From contig OZ024743.1 in NCBI GenBank assembly GCA_964016885.1, forward strand, positions 295,492,001 to 295,556,000: a stretch of 64,000 nt of DNA. The letters run 5' to 3'. This DNA is from Eledone cirrhosa. Taxonomy: Eukaryota. Position 1 is the stretch's first letter. Every line of letters begins with the position of its first letter. Below the pieces are notes generated by a model. The model had not been told where the DNA came from. It searched no databases and worked only from the letters and a program-made list of their open reading frames with translations. The translations under genes were made by a program, and so were the position numbers. This document shows, one piece after another, positions 1 through 16,128 of this stretch.

Positions 1-2792
1 ATTCAACCAAAACATTGCAACATCTTTTCAAAGTCAGACCTGGCCAAGTATTATCTAAATATGAGTCCCAGAATACTACCAAAAGATGGTCAGCCAATGA
101 AAGGTTTTCATTTCTTTTCCCTAGGTCCCTAAATATTTCTGACGATTTATATTTCAAGTAAGTATTACCTCACCTTCCCAACGAACAGATATGTAAAGGT
201 GGTGCCCGGGATGATAACAAGGGAGATATGGTGGAAATCAACTGTAAATTGATTAACCAGTAATTGAAACTGTATCAAGATGCCAAAAATTACCACTTGT
301 TCTATTGTATTCCAGAACCGACTGACTTCAAATAAACAGCGGTCATTTTACTTAAACATACATTGACCTATCCACTAAAACAAATTTTCCAGTACGTCCA
401 AAAAAAGACATACATGAAGAAATCTCAATGGAAATTTAAATAAACGTCAGGAAACGACGTAGATGTAATCCAATATTCCTTTTAAATATTGAAGGCAAAA
501 ATAAAATTAAACTAAGTGAAAATAAAATAAATAAAAGAAAATTATAAGAAATATAAAACGTTTACACAAAATCTTTTTCCGATTCAATTAATGAATAAAT
601 ATTTTGAAAGCCAGAATTTTATTTTTATTTTCTGGAGCTGATTTTCTGATTTATAAATTAGCCATTAAGAGCGAGCATCTTTTTTTTATTTATTCTCATC
701 TAAATTTTGTGCCATGTATTTTCATTTAATCTTTCTTTCTACTAAATATCTAACGTGAAAGATTTTTAACACGATTAACGAAGAAAAACAATTGAGAATG
801 CATCTTTCCCTACTTCAGTTCTTCATATGCCACCTGTGCTATTAATTCTTATGATATCGTAATCAGCTTCTCGAGGACCATCATCTAAGCAACAACTTCA
901 ACAAAATGTATAGACTTAAGAAAAAAATTAATATCATCATAATCAACAACAACTTTTCTGCCAACACCATCATCAGAACCACCAGCAATGCCAACAGGTT
1001 GAATATTAGCCATCTTCAACCTACATATATCCTTCTCACCCTCTTCTTCTTCTCATGTCACTTTCTCCTCTACCTCCTGTTCAGTATCGTCAGCATCCTC
1101 TTTCTCCTCCTCAAAAATGTATTTAATGCTCAAATGTTTAAAACATTGTCCTAATCCTTATCCACGTCAACGATGCATTCAGCATACAAAAAACCTCAAG
1201 CATCACTATCCTCCTTCACCACGATAATAACCATCTTCCTCATCAAACAGAATCATGAGCCATATCATTTAAACCCTACTTCCATCCGCACTAATATTAT
1301 AGAGAATATTAGGATAATTCTTTACACGCATCAAAGCAATCAAGGTTTGCATTCCCACTCCACAAAAAGAACAGCAACGCTGCCACCAAGCAAACTGCTC
1401 AACCAAAGCAACTATCACCAACACAAACGATGTTAAACATTAATAACCAGCAAGAACACAATTGTCAACACAATCGTTACCATAAACTACTAGGAGCTTC
1501 AAAACGGAGTCAGTCACACGTACATCTATATAGAATCACAGAGATACATACATTCCTACACACACAGATACGCATACATACGTGCGTACATACATAAATA
1601 CAGACATATGTACATACAGACAGACAAACAGACAAGTATGCTTCTGTACATTTGCAGAAAGTACAGTTAAACGAAACAGCAATCAAACAATTGAACTCAA
1701 ATGAACTCAGAAATGTAGGCGGGTTGTATCTAATAGACTTGTGAGTACATTCACTTCAAACGTAGCACCATAATTTCACACGTTATAGTATGAGTAAATC
1801 GATACTACGATGTCATGATGGTGTGGATAGCTTGGGACACCGCAGGTACAAGAGAAACATAATTGATAGTTAGAGCTGTAGCCTAATGAAGTGTGTTGCC
1901 CTTGATATATGGAATAGAACATTACTTTTATGTCTTCAAACGGTGAAAATGTCATATTCTTCTATAATAAGAATATAATTAATACAAATACAAGGCTAAA
2001 TTTAGAAACAAATTATATATACAGTTGAAATAAAACCAGAATATTACAAAAGGTAAAAGCAATGAAAACAAAGAGTGACCCGTATTTGAATTCATTTGAT
2101 TTAATTTGTCGATATGACTCTTTATTTCCGATTGTTTCTTATTTTGTTTCTATACATTATCATTAGTTATATTATTATACATGTTTCCTTTTAATATATT
2201 AAAGAAAATACAAACATATTAATCAGTAACAAACTCCACGAAAAATAATTTTTCGAAGTCACTAAGAGTGCAATGAATTACCGTTAAAAAATGTATATAT
2301 AAAATTGTCAGCATTCAATACTTTGGTTACAAAATTTTAATTAATTCAAATACATCTAAATATCATTGAAATGGCAGCAAGTATATGTTCATTGTGTTAG
2401 GTCCCACCGTAGCAAATGCATATGAAGGTTCTTGATCAACAACACATCATATACATCTATGTGTAGATATCTTAACCTAACTTCCCGCAGCGATGGTCTT
2501 TTCTATTTCTGCTTTCGTCTCACTGAAATCTGTTTCTAATTTTCTGCATTTTTTTATATAACCTTTTAGGACGTAACACGTAACATAAGCGATATCGCTC
2601 ATGCAGACAGACGCACGAGTCTGCGCGCAAACAAGCGCATAATGTGGGAGACACATATATGCGCACAGATATTGCTACGTATACGCGTATGCACTTCCAC
2701 TAACTGACCCACACATCAGGGTACCAGAACTTCACACTTTCTTTTAGGCAAGTATGAATATATGCAGATATGTATATATATATATATATATA

Positions 2793-2889
<97 letters not shown>

Positions 2890-2890
2890 A

Positions 2891-2939
<49 letters not shown>

Positions 2940-3528
2940 TTGCGTTCTTCTCCAATTATAAAGAAAGGGCTTCTATGTAGTTATTTATTATATACTCATA
3001 TTTGCCTCTCAGAATTAGCCGATCTACTGTGACAACCATCATCATATATACTTCGAATTGCAAACATTCATCTCCATCTCTATGTTGTGTTCCTTAAAAC
3101 AAAGGAAATGGTCCTTTCAATCATGAGGCAAAGGCCGGTACGACTTGACACCAATGTCGCGGCAACTTATTTTTTCCTGCTAACTGGACCAGAGCAATGT
3201 GTTATAACGGATCTTGCTGAGGAATACAACACACCGCCCGGTACAAGAATCGATCACACGTATTAACTAATGTGATCAGAGCAGCTTAACCAATCAGCCA
3301 AGAGCCTTCCGATGTGACAATCATATTTTCAATCATAACAATTTATACAACGATATCAGGAGAAATAACAATATATAGCAATACAATACGAAGTAGTCAA
3401 ATCGGGATTGTCTATTTAATCCGTCACGAATTTTGTGCATTTTGTTCTCATTTAATTCACATGTTAGAGGTCATATATTTGTAGACATTAATGCCAGTCA
3501 GATGTGAAGATGTGTTATCACTAATAAT

Positions 3529-3716
3529 TGTTTCTTCTTTTGGCACAAGGCCAGCAATTACCCAGTACATTACTGGTACTTTATTTTATCGACCCCGTAA
3601 GGATGAAAGGCAAATTTAACCTCGGCGGGATTTGAACTCAGAATGGCAAGGGCCGTAACTCCATGCGACAAAGCATGGCGTTCGACCCATTATTGATACT
3701 GCCAATCTGCCGCCCT
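3529..3716 (-). mobile_element. tRNA-derived SINE with Meta-like core
   Basis: The minus strand has B-box GAGTTCAAATCCCGCC followed by GCCTTTCATCCTTACGGGGTCGATAAAATAAAGTACCAG. Homologous copies lie at 30370-30570 and 54417-54563. Confidence 0.75.
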
Positions 3717-3862
3717 ATCACTAATAATATGATCGCTCCGGTATAAAATCTCCTGGTAGCCTAATTGGTTTTGTGAAATATCATCATTATGAAAATATAT
3801 AATCAATCTATTTATTTTGACCTCTCTCTCCACGTTTGATTATTATACACCGCACACACATG

Positions 3863-3896
<34 letters not shown>

Positions 3897-3899
<3 letters not shown>

Positions 3900-4008
3900 G
3901 TAGTTCCAAAACAGTAAGTTCACTAACTGTTGTAGAACTACTATCAAACTCGTCCCATGGACTGAGTGGTCTACTACTATCGATATAACGCTCCAGTGTT
4001 CTACTATG
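3897..4008 (+). mobile_element. Mini PLE-type insertion (short inverted arm + 3' tail), same family as 46921-48636
   Basis: CTCGTCCCATGGACTGAGTG..CTACTACTA..CCAGTGTTCTAC matches the tail at 48578-48636. The first ~25 bp are an imperfect reverse complement of the next segment. (TA)n flanks both sides. Confidence 0.7.
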
Positions 4009-4027
4009 ATATATATATTCAGAAACG

Positions 4028-4068
<41 letters not shown>

Positions 4069-6009
4069 TATATATATATCGGTGTTGTGGTTGTTATTAA
4101 AATTTGGGTTTCTCTCCCTTCTAGAAGTAGTATCTAAATCCTTTTCATTCCACACCCTTCTTAAAATAAGAAAATTCCAAATTAGATAATGTCATTTTAT
4201 ATATTGCTAAAAAGATGGGCCAATTATTTCTGCAATCGCAATGAGTATGGTGAACTGTGTCATTCAGATTTGAACTTGAGATACACTAAAACTATAATAA
4301 GAAGCTACAAGAAAATCTACATCGACGACAATGAATGCAGCAGTCAGAAGGTCAAATATATTAGTAAAACCGTTTTTATGTCAGCAATTAAGAAGAAAAT
4401 GGGATAAAGCAGAAGCAACAGCAACAGTAACATTCACAAAATATTAGTTAATTGGGACCATTTCCAGCTTCGAAGTGTGAGTGAGTGGCGCTGCAGCAGG
4501 GTGCTAAATATACATCAATAATAATTTACATACGGCCCATAACTTTTATGAATGCAGAAATAAAGATTTTGTGGAGAGGGACTAAATACGTTAAGGTTGG
4601 TTGTTGAGTGTTTTGTCAGTACCATACAGGACTGCATGATTGATGGCAGAGTTAACTAAGACCACCTCCATTTCTAGTAATACACTGTATAGTCTTTGTA
4701 GCATAAAAAGGGACGCGTAAATATAATTATCATTACTTCTTGTGTATGTGTGACACAATCAGTAGAAACTGTTCAACTGGACATTCACTGATTCGCGACG
4801 ATTATTTGTGATTAGGATTCAAATTCTGTTGTGGTTGGCTCGAGCTTTCATGTTGATAAAGTAAATAGGAATCATATACTGGTGAGGATTTAATTGAATC
4901 TACCTTGCAACCAACTACCATCTCGTCCAGGCATAAGATTGTAACATGTTGTCCCTTAGAGCTAAACGAAACCGGGATAATTTCTTGTCAAGATGAAGCT
5001 CTAGGCTTACGAAAGACTTTAAACCTATTTCATATATATTGGCTGCAAATTTACAGAAACGTTATAGTGCCGGATTCAAAGTCTCGGTTACTGCTCCGAC
5101 TCTCTACACACTCAATTCAAGTTTCTCCGCGGTTATCTTTTCCTTTCATTCTATTGGGGTCTACAAATGAGTTAGCAGTTCAGGGGAGACTGATTTGCGG
5201 AATTTTTCAAAGAGTCAGATAGGATATTTTGCTCTATCTGATTCGGCTTTGTGTGTCCTGTGTTCAAATCCCGCCTGCTGTCACCATAAAAGCGTTGTAG
5301 CTTATGTCAGGAGATACGAGCGGGATGACCAAGTTAAACATAGTTTCCTTGCTCTAGCCTGATGATCTGCTTCTCTCCCATTACTTTCTCATATCTTCAT
5401 CACCGTGTACAAAATATTTTGTGTTCATATCACACCATTTTCAACTTTAAATTTATTCTTCTAGAGCAAATAAAATCAAACCTCATGTAGTCGATCATTG
5501 CCATCCCTCAAAATATATGTCCGTGTGAAAATGCTATAAAACAATTTTTCTCATTAAAACTATATCTATGAGTATATGGTAATTTTCGTTATTTCACCTA
5601 AAATTATTTCCTACACATAACCTTTAGCTGCAATTCCAATGGAAATAAACTCAACAGAATTCAATATTGAACAGGGTTAACAATGGTCATTCTTTATAAA
5701 TGTTTTGTTCTAAATTTAACCTTTTGACAATTGAATTTGGTTATTCCCTCTCAATATTCAACGTAAAGGAACTTTGCATTCTCACAGAATGAAGCCATTT
5801 TATAACGTTCCTTTAAAATGTCTTCGAGGCAACAACTCCTTCACATTTCTTCATAATTTATAATTTACTCATCGCTGCAATCCAGATATTCTGTACTAAA
5901 TAATAATGTAACAATCTTTTCCCGCTCCCAAATAGGAACAAAATTTCAACATTCCTTCTAGGTCATTATATTTCCGCTTATAATTCAAAATCGAAATAAT
6001 CAATAAACG

Positions 6010-6300
6010 CAGGCATGGCTATGTTATTGAGGAGTTCGTTTCGCAATAGCATGGTTTCGAATTCAGTCTCACTGAGTAGCACCTTTGGTGCGTGTCAACA
6101 GCCACTGTTACACGAGTGAAATTTATAGAAACTGTGAGTGTGTGTGCGCATGTTTACTGTTTGTGTAAGTCCCGTGATTTAGCTGCTCGAGAAAACGGGA
6201 TCAATAAAATGAATATTAGGGTCGATATAATCAACTATATCCCTTGAAGACAGTGGCCCAGCATGACCGCGCTCCAATGACACAAACGGATATACGAATA
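6010..6300 (+). mobile_element. Degenerate tRNA-derived SINE
   Basis: It has a GCAGGCATGGCT head, a B-box-like GTTTCGAATTCAGTC, a central GT run, GGGTCGAT and a CCAGCATGACCGC tail motif. A similar head lies on the minus strand near 35975-36065. Confidence 0.55.
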
Positions 6301-7056
6301 ATAATATATGTATGCCGACCTTTCAGTGAGAATTTAATTTGACATTGCTGAGAATATAAATACAAACTATAGATTAAAAACTGGAAAACAAATGAAGCCA
6401 AAATAATAAGTATTTAAAACATCTTCAACCAACCATTCAAAATTCTTGCCACAGCCCTTAAGTCTTTGATATAATTGCTTTTACTGTTAACTTTCTCTCT
6501 TTGTTTTGAGGTTTTTTGGTGCATCATCGTCATGGTGGGCAAGTGAAAACATTTTAAATCTCATTGGATAATAACATAAGAACATTTTGGTTCTTGCCTT
6601 CAGCTTAATCTTCATTACAGATTTTTATGGTATCGAAACAAAGGGAAAATATTTAACACTTTCATGCATGTATAAACATATGCACACCAACTCGTATATT
6701 CATAATTTTCTTCTTTTCTACTGGTTTCAATCATCAGAAATGCTGGGTGCATCATGTTTAGGAGATTTTAGTGGACAATATTCTTTCCACAATTGTTTAA
6801 AAATGTGGTACTAATTTTATATGATAAACTGCTAAGTTACTGGGCTAAACGAACAATAATTCCACTTTAGGAAAAAGGCCAATAATATGGAGGCGTAGGG
6901 AAAGCCGATTATATTGACTTTAGTTTTTACGGGTACTTTAATTTATCAACCACAAAAAGATGAAAATAAACAAACAATAAACGTAACTAAACCCACTCAC
7001 ACGCCCACAAACAACTCCATACACACACGTGCATGTAAGTATTTATATGTGTGTGA

Positions 7057-8981
<1,925 letters not shown>

Positions 8982-9256
8982 GAGAATAGAGGAAAGGTGT
9001 TTCCTCGATAACCAGTATGACTCTAAAAACCGGTTTGTCTGTGTGTTTACATACAGAATAGCTGAACACTCACAGTAAAGTGTCCAGTGAAAAACTCGGT
9101 ACATCTACATATGTACACGTGTGTGTATTCATATGCATACTAGTATTTCAGTATACATATGTGGATGTACATTTTTAACTTAATTGTTTAAGCGTCAGTC
9201 ATACAAAAGTGAGTTACAAACGAAACGAAATTTAATTTCGTTTCGTTATTTGTTTT

Positions 9257-9288
<32 letters not shown>

Positions 9289-9853
9289 TTTAAGACTATA
9301 TAGAGCATTTGTATTTTTTCCAAATTGAAGGATTAGTAATTAACCTTAATTGTATTCTGAGTTAAGACTCTATTGGTTTTTTCCTTGGATTTCACATAAT
9401 CTGTGGATAAAATTTCTGTCTTGACTTTTTTTTTAATTGAGTTTGAGTTATTTTCCCATATCTTACCTTAAATATTTTCCATGTTGACGTTATAGTCACT
9501 TATATATTATGAAATACTGTTGGCTTCTTGCTCACATTAATTTCTCTATTTTCATTTATATTTAAACTCGGAATATTTCCTAGAGTGCTTGAAATTATTT
9601 GTTACTAATCCCGGTTTTTTTTTTAAAAACCGCGAAAATATTGCTATATGCCGAACTTCATACTCTTTTGTTGTGTTATTTTCGGAATATTTTGACTGCT
9701 GTTTCTTGTAAACAGACATTCGTCTCATTCTGACGTCATTAGCCCTGTTCCTCATGCGTGTTTATTTTCATAATTCAACACGAGGTGTACTAGCCTGCTT
9801 TTAAATTCCTTTTCTTGAATATTTTAGCAGTGATTTTTAGTTATCGTGTTTGA

Positions 9854-9934
9854 GCTCTACTGATGAACGACTCCAACCGTGACTAACCCCACTGAAAAGT
9901 TTCATGAAATAGTCTTTTTAAGACTATCCAGAGT
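9854..9934 (+). ncRNA. Type I hammerhead ribozyme (degenerate helix I)
   Basis: GCTCTA-CTGATGA-[39 nt]-GAAA-TAGTC-tttttaa-GACTA-TC-CAGAG. The upstream partial copy near 9300 reads GACTA-TA-TAGAGC, which restores helix I. Confidence 0.65.
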
Positions 9935-10140
9935 TGACATTGCACTCAGTGCTCCTGTGGGACATGGACACACTAGAAGAGGAAGACCAAGGTTAACGTA
10001 TGTTGATGCCCTAAGGACAGACAATGGTCTGTTGGAGACGCAGGACATGGCAGCGATAATGAGGGACAGAGACCGCTGGAGAGAACTCGTCCAAGGATCT
10101 CGGGAATTTTACCCGTCTTAGATAGATAGATAGATAGATA
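9935..10140 (+). mobile_element. 3' fragment of an RTE-like LINE with (TAGA)n tail
   Basis: It translates to GHTRRGRPRLTYVDALRTD..MAAIMRDRDRWRELV, a typical RTE-group C-terminus, followed by the tetranucleotide tail. Confidence 0.75.
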
Positions 10141-11814
10141 GAGCATTTGTAGTTTTTCCAAATTGAAGAATAAGTATTTAACCTTAATTTTATTCTGAGT
10201 TAAGACTCTATTGGTTTTTCCCTGGATTTCACAAAATCTGTGGAAAAAATTTCTGTCTTGACTTTTCTTTTTAATTGAATTATTTTCCTATATCTTACGT
10301 TAAATATTTTCCATCTTGACGTTATAGTCACTTATATATTATGAAATACTGTTGGCTTCTTGCTCACATTAATTTCTCTATTTTCATTTATATATATATA
10401 TTTATATATATATATTTATATATATATATATATATATATCCCTAAATATCCCTAAAATATAAGTGAATGAAAATACCGGGGTAGTTTAGAATTGGTTTAT
10501 GAATATATTTATGTTAAGCATATTAATGTGGACGGATTTGAAATCGGATTCGAAAACAGTTAAATACATTGAAAATGCTGTCCTATTTCCCCGGAAACAT
10601 TCGCCGAGTACAGCAATATTTTTATGGGGCAAAACTTAACTTCAGGTCCGACGAACATCAAAATATTAACTATAGAGTAGATTCCTGTGGATCAACTCGG
10701 GAATTTCCTTTAGGTAAAAAAGATACCCCCCCCCCCTTAAAATCTGGACTATAGGTATAGGTTTTATATCCCAAGAGGAAATAATACACTGACATTACTT
10801 ACAGACTGGAGATATTTTGTCTACAAGTTTAATATAGTTAACTGTATATTATGAATAATGTAATTTCAAAATATCAACTTTAAAAAATCCAAGAATTTTC
10901 TCCATTTTAAAATGAGGCTGAAAATACTACGGACCTGTTAATTGTGTTCTAACGTCATGTACAACTTTCGATTATTAATCTTTATTCAATTTTATAAATG
11001 TTAACACGAGAAAAGAAATTACGTTTAAAATTTAATGAAAAAACAGATATATTTTCTTTTGCTCACTGCTGAGAAACTACGAGATTCAAAATAAAACACC
11101 AAGCTGGACATCCCACAAGCACTATATAAGCCGTTGAATGGCTGTGTGTTAAATTGTTATTTTGCCCCAAGTTCGATACTTTGAGGCGACTGCCAAAACC
11201 TGCCGTATAAGTTAACTGATATTTAAACTGGTTGTATAAATGGTAAACATTCGGTAAATATGCCTCCAGATGAAAATAAGTACGCGGATTAATATTACTA
11301 AAGTTGTTTCAAAAATGGAGCCCCATCATGGCCGCATTGCAATGACTTACATTTGCTTTCACTGATGTAACATACTTGATTGGCTAAAAGCAATTGGGGT
11401 TTTGTGTATAAAATGCATTCTTTGGAGAATATGAAGCTTTTTACGGATTCAAAGTTAAATACATTCTTAAAAAGGTGATTACGAAAAATAAAATATATAT
11501 AGATAGATTGGGAGTGACCAGTTTAGATTAATAAGACCATTGTTTATCTAAGTACTCGATATTTAGGAAAGTAGAGGGTAGATAATGTAATGAGTTACGA
11601 GTAGTCTAACGTGTTGCGGGTGAGAGACAAGTAATGTAAAGACTTGCTTGGATGTTTCAATTTCTGCACCGTTGACATTGAATATAAGGCGTCTTAGATA
11701 TGTAAAGTCTTCTATAATAATAAGCACATTTATTTTGAATGTATGCTCCTGTTTGTTAGGATGGGAAAGTATGAATTATAGGGGAACTGTCTGTTTGCAT
11801 AATTGTTTAGCCTG

Positions 11815-11957
11815 TTATTTTTTCCAATAGATGATCTCTCTTTAAGGAGAGATCTGCCAGGTCATGGTCAGAGTTTAAATCTTCTATGTTAGAGAAAATA
11901 AACCCACTAGATTACTCTAATCTTACCTGATGTTATCCTTCAGATGTACTGGTTCAT
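11815..11957. repeat. Dispersed repeat fragment, second copy at ~19672-19816
   Basis: The two sites share CTCTCTTTAAGGAGAGATCTGCCAGG...GTTATCCTT.CAGATGTACTGGTTCAT. Family unknown. Confidence 0.7.
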
Positions 11958-14345
11958 TATAGCACATGTATGTAAGTGTGTGGTGCGTGCGGGTGTGTAT
12001 GCGCACGTATGTGCGTGTGCGCGCGCGTGCGTGCATACATGCGTGTGTGTGTGTGTGTGCATGCGTGCGTTTCTGCGTGTGTGTGTATGTGTCTGTATGT
12101 GTGTGTGTGCTTGTTGTGTGCGTGACTGAAATGTACATTATGAGACCGTGGTGCAAACTTTGACGAGCATGGATTTTCACACCAGTTAGCGATATGACAC
12201 CGCGCAGTAAAATACCACCAACTGTTCCTCGCATGTCTTTAGCAGAGTACTTGCCTGTATTGCAGCTGTCATCATAAGGCTCCGATAAGGATAACAATTT
12301 CTATTCGCCCTTGATGTATAGGAAACTAAAAACGCGAGCTTGTGTAATGTTAGTTCTCCGCTCATTATATCAGGTGCCGGCAACAGATTTGAAAATTTGA
12401 AAATATTACAATATTACAAAAATTATATCCTATTCTATTTAAAATATTACATCAATTTGCCTGAGATATTCAATATTTGCTCTGACAAACGTTAATATAT
12501 TTCACATTTGCATTTTTAGGTTTTATACCGAAAAGAATTTTACAGATGCACATCACCAATTGCTTCCACAAATAGTAGTAATTATATCTGCTTAAAGTAA
12601 ACATAGCAAATACATTAGAAACAGATGAGAAAGTGAGGATAGTAATTTACATATAATCTAAAATCATATTTGTTCCGAGAAACAGATATTTCGTCCAAAT
12701 TTTCATAACTGCTTTATATATCATAATCCTCCTTCACTCACACATATTTCTCCATACATAACAATATATATTTAAATGCTAACACTTTCTCGCCATTTAT
12801 ATCGTTCGATTTGTATTGTTTTCCTTCTATTTATTCCAATACTTGGTCTTTTAAAAGCAACAATCTTTAGAAAAGAAAGCAATTTCGCTCTTACTCATTG
12901 AAAGAGTAAAAAAGTCTCCCTTTTGAAAAGTATCAATTGAAATCTATAATTATTTCATATTTCAATACTTTTATAATTGAAGTAACAAAGTAGATATAAA
13001 CGAATAATAAAACAAACAAGAAATCAAAAGAGGATAAGAAAAGAAATACAATGAAAGTAGCGAATTTTAATCGAAAAATATCATTTAATTGTATACTCAA
13101 GTTTTGTGTATTCAAATGAAAGATTACCAGAAATGGTGATGCTTATACAAAATAAATCGCCAAAGTGTTTTTTTTTTTTTCTTTGATTCCTCATTTTATT
13201 ATTTCCTACATTTATATGATCACTTAATTTTGTTCTTTCTTGTAATGCCACTTTCTGTTTTCAAATTCTAGACTTCATTGGTTTTTACCGTTTATGTATT
13301 TCGTAGTTAATTTCGTTGTTGATGTTGTTTTCCAACATTACCTTTTTTTTTTCCAATAATCAACAATGGATGTGGAGTTGATAAAATAAGCTATCAGGCC
13401 TGAATTTCATTGTTCTTTAATATTTTATTTTGTTTTAAAGTTGTTTCTTCTTTTATTTCTTTGTTTTTTTATTTCTAATAATAAATTCGACAGCAAAGAA
13501 TGAGATATTTTAGCCTTTTATGCTGAACAACTGTTTACCATTTTAATTGTCTTTACTTTAAGAGAATACAGAATAACACACCAACAACAAAAGAAGATGA
13601 TGGATTAGTTTATAAGATTCAATAAGATGCGCTCATTGTGTGAAAGGTACATGGCTGCTGGGTGAGGAAAGATTTGGCTGGGAAGGTCATTTAGTATCAT
13701 TACAAAAGAATGAAATGAAAGAAATATCGATAAATGTCTAAAGCATGAAATATGTAGAGAAGCCAATAAGGAATGATCGATAGCATATACATCGAACCAC
13801 ATTGTATTTCATCACAACTTCATTTTTGCTGAATGAGAGAAACTACGTAGTGAGTAAGATACTTGTTACATTCATTTTCAATAAGATGAAGAATGATGTA
13901 AAAAAGAGATAATATGAAAAGTTTAACAAAAGAGAAAAAAAGAAACGAACTTTCAATCGCCGCGTAAGTATGCGCCTTCATCAATCTTCCCATTGATTCG
14001 AAACTTGCACGATATATAGATTATTTATATACAGACAATAGGTTGCGAAGAAGAAAAAATGGAAATCTTGTTTGTCTATATGCATATAAACTATAAGAGC
14101 ATGATGTTAAATTCTTGATACTTAAATTCTTATCCCGCTCCACCATTATCATTCTCAATATGAATTATACCCAATATGTCGAATTTCGCTTGTAACAAAC
14201 ATGAAAGCTACATAGAGGTGTTCACTCTTTCTTATAAATAGTTATAAAAATGAGATATGGATACATACATTCGGGTATATGCTTCTGTTTCTTTATTCTA
14301 TTATATAGAAATATACATTGATATACATACACACAAATATATGTA

Positions 14346-14529
14346 TGTGAACAAAACCATAAACCCTCTATCTTTTGAAAAGAGAAGAACTACTAAACCG
14401 GTAAAGGAACCAAATAATTTTTTTTTTTTTTAAATAGACTCCAGTTTCATTTTCGATTTCATCTTTTTTCCTTATACTTTCACTCGTGTAGGACACCTGG
14501 TTTTTTTTTAATTTGTAAATCAACTTCAC

Positions 14530-14535
<6 letters not shown>
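14346..14535 (+). mobile_element. Degenerate PLE pLTR end + tail, same family as 59552-59901
   Basis: It shares CTTTTGAAAAG.AGAAGAACT...AAACCGGTAAAGGAACC, GACTCCAG and the tail CACTCGTGTAGGACACC...CACTTTCTAA. Confidence 0.75.
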
Positions 14536-14570
<35 letters not shown>

Positions 14571-14576
<6 letters not shown>

Positions 14577-15045
14577 CGTATTTAAGAAAGCCACAACAAT
14601 GCAAAGGGAAATCTCGAGGTAGGAAGTGAAATATAGATAGGAAAAACAGGTGAAAGTGAAAATTGAGAGAGACAAAGATGAAAACAAAACAAAGGTAGAA
14701 GGGTTACCGTAGTAGAGATTTAATCCCAATATTTCGGGCTCACGCCCATCAACGGGGGAAAAGTTCCAAAAGGGGGGAAACAGGCCAAGCGGAGAAAGTT
14801 CTTTTGGAACTTTTCCCCCGTTGATGGGCGTGAGCCCGAAATATTGGGATTAAATCTCTACTACGGTAACCCTTCTACCTTTGTTTTGTTTTCATCTTTG
14901 TCTCTCTCAATTTTCACTTTCATCTGTTTTTCCTATCTATATTTCACTTCGTACCTCGAGATTTCCCTTTGCATTGTTGTGGCTTTCTTAAATACGTATT
15001 TTTACACATTTCACAATGCTTCAAGCAAACTTTAACACCCTCTTA
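14571..15045 (+). mobile_element. Foldback PLE-type insertion: ~200-bp inverted arm + forward arm + 40-bp tail
   Basis: 14571-14772 is a near-perfect reverse complement of 14801-15002. A variant HHR lies at 14814-14849. (TA)n flanks both sides. Confidence 0.8.
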
Positions 15046-15080
15046 TATATATATATATATATATAAGTATATATAGGTAT

Positions 15081-15690
15081 ATGGTGGCTGCCAACTCGTT
15101 TTCGAGTACGGCCACTACTTTATATCCATGTAGGAGAACCCCTACCGAAGCGCTGCATGAGTGTGACTTTTTAGTCCAGCCAGCGACTTGAAAACTCTGG
15201 TACAAACACTACACTTGTGACAATTATTGACACATAGTGCTGGGCCCATGGTACCATGTGAGGACAAGTGCAGAGAGATCTCCAGATATAAAGCAATGCC
15301 TGTGCCGTGAAGCTTTTATAGTGAGCAAAGGCACTGCACAAAGCCAGTCCCACTCTCTTAACCAAGATGATATTTACCAAAAAGAAGAACAAGTCAACAT
15401 CATTGGATACCATCAAGGTTGCAGGTGTTATATCAGAGTTTTCCTTCTCCTAGAATTCTGCCTTGACAAAGGCTAAGGGGTCATCTCTCCCGGTGATTTT
15501 GGATGGCCATTGACTCTTAAGAGCTCCTTTGCCCTTTGACAGGTTTTGTTTTTAGTCCTGCAGGATGTCCAAAGTCACCCTCCTCACCAAGAGACCTTGG
15601 TGGGGTTGCCAGTTTAGTCGCCAACGACCCGACCATGAGGCAGGTTGTACTGGGATACATGTTACCAGTAGCACCAACTGGTGACCTGAC
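15081..15690 (-). mobile_element. Non-autonomous bipartite RTE-derived element
   Basis: The 5' part has the RTE-5'UTR-like CTAGGAGAAGGAAAACTCTGA. The 3' part encodes the C2H2 remnant [17 protein letters not shown] and ends in a terminal hairpin. Several close copies are in the window. Confidence 0.8.
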
Positions 15691-15704
15691 ACCAGTATAG
15701 GTAT

Positions 15705-16060
15705 ATACATATATGTATACAGACGTACAGCAGTATGTATATATATATATATATATACATACATGCACACATATATATACATACATGCACACATATATAT
15801 ATATATATATCTACGTATGGGTTTACCAAACATTTATTATAATGTTCGGTTTGTTTGTAAGCAAACAGCCCGTATTAAGCCGTACAAAAGGGCAATGATG
15901 GTTGCCGAACACTGTACGGCTTAATTCGGGCTATTTGTTTACAAACAAACCGAACATTATAATAAATATTCGGTAAACCCATACGTAGATATATATATAT
16001 ATGTGTGCATGTATGTATATATATACATACTACTGTACGTCTGTATACATATATGTATGT
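15705..16060. repeat. Foldback/MITE-like inverted repeat
   Basis: ~15705-15886 is the reverse complement of ~15913-16058, with a ~26-bp spacer. The arms include internal microsatellite. Confidence 0.75.
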
Positions 16061-16128
16061 AACTATACATACTTATATTTAAGTATCAGCCGTACTAAGA
16101 GTGAGAAATGAAATTTCATTTTTTCCAT

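Larger units (their letters stand above)
9285..10390 (+). mobile_element. Partial tandem PLE pLTR (~630-bp period) with HHR, interrupted by an RTE fragment
   Basis: 9303-9560 is repeated directly at 10141-10390. TAAGACTAT recurs at 9291 and 9920. (TA)n flanks both sides. Confidence 0.65.

Noticed and set aside
906-1436. Short ORFs as host exons
   Set aside because: This is low-complexity CAA/CAT/CTC-rich sequence with no recognisable domain or splice support.
10440-10740. Possible DNA-transposon end (C-run followed by TTAA)
   Set aside because: No matching opposite terminus was identified in the window.
15608-15690. HDV-like ribozyme at the 5' end of the RTE-derived element (minus strand)
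   Set aside because: P2, P4 and CUAA-like pieces are visible, but L3 is too short, no P1 partner was found, and pairing does not covary in the 38158 and 19600 relatives. An RNArobo search would settle it.
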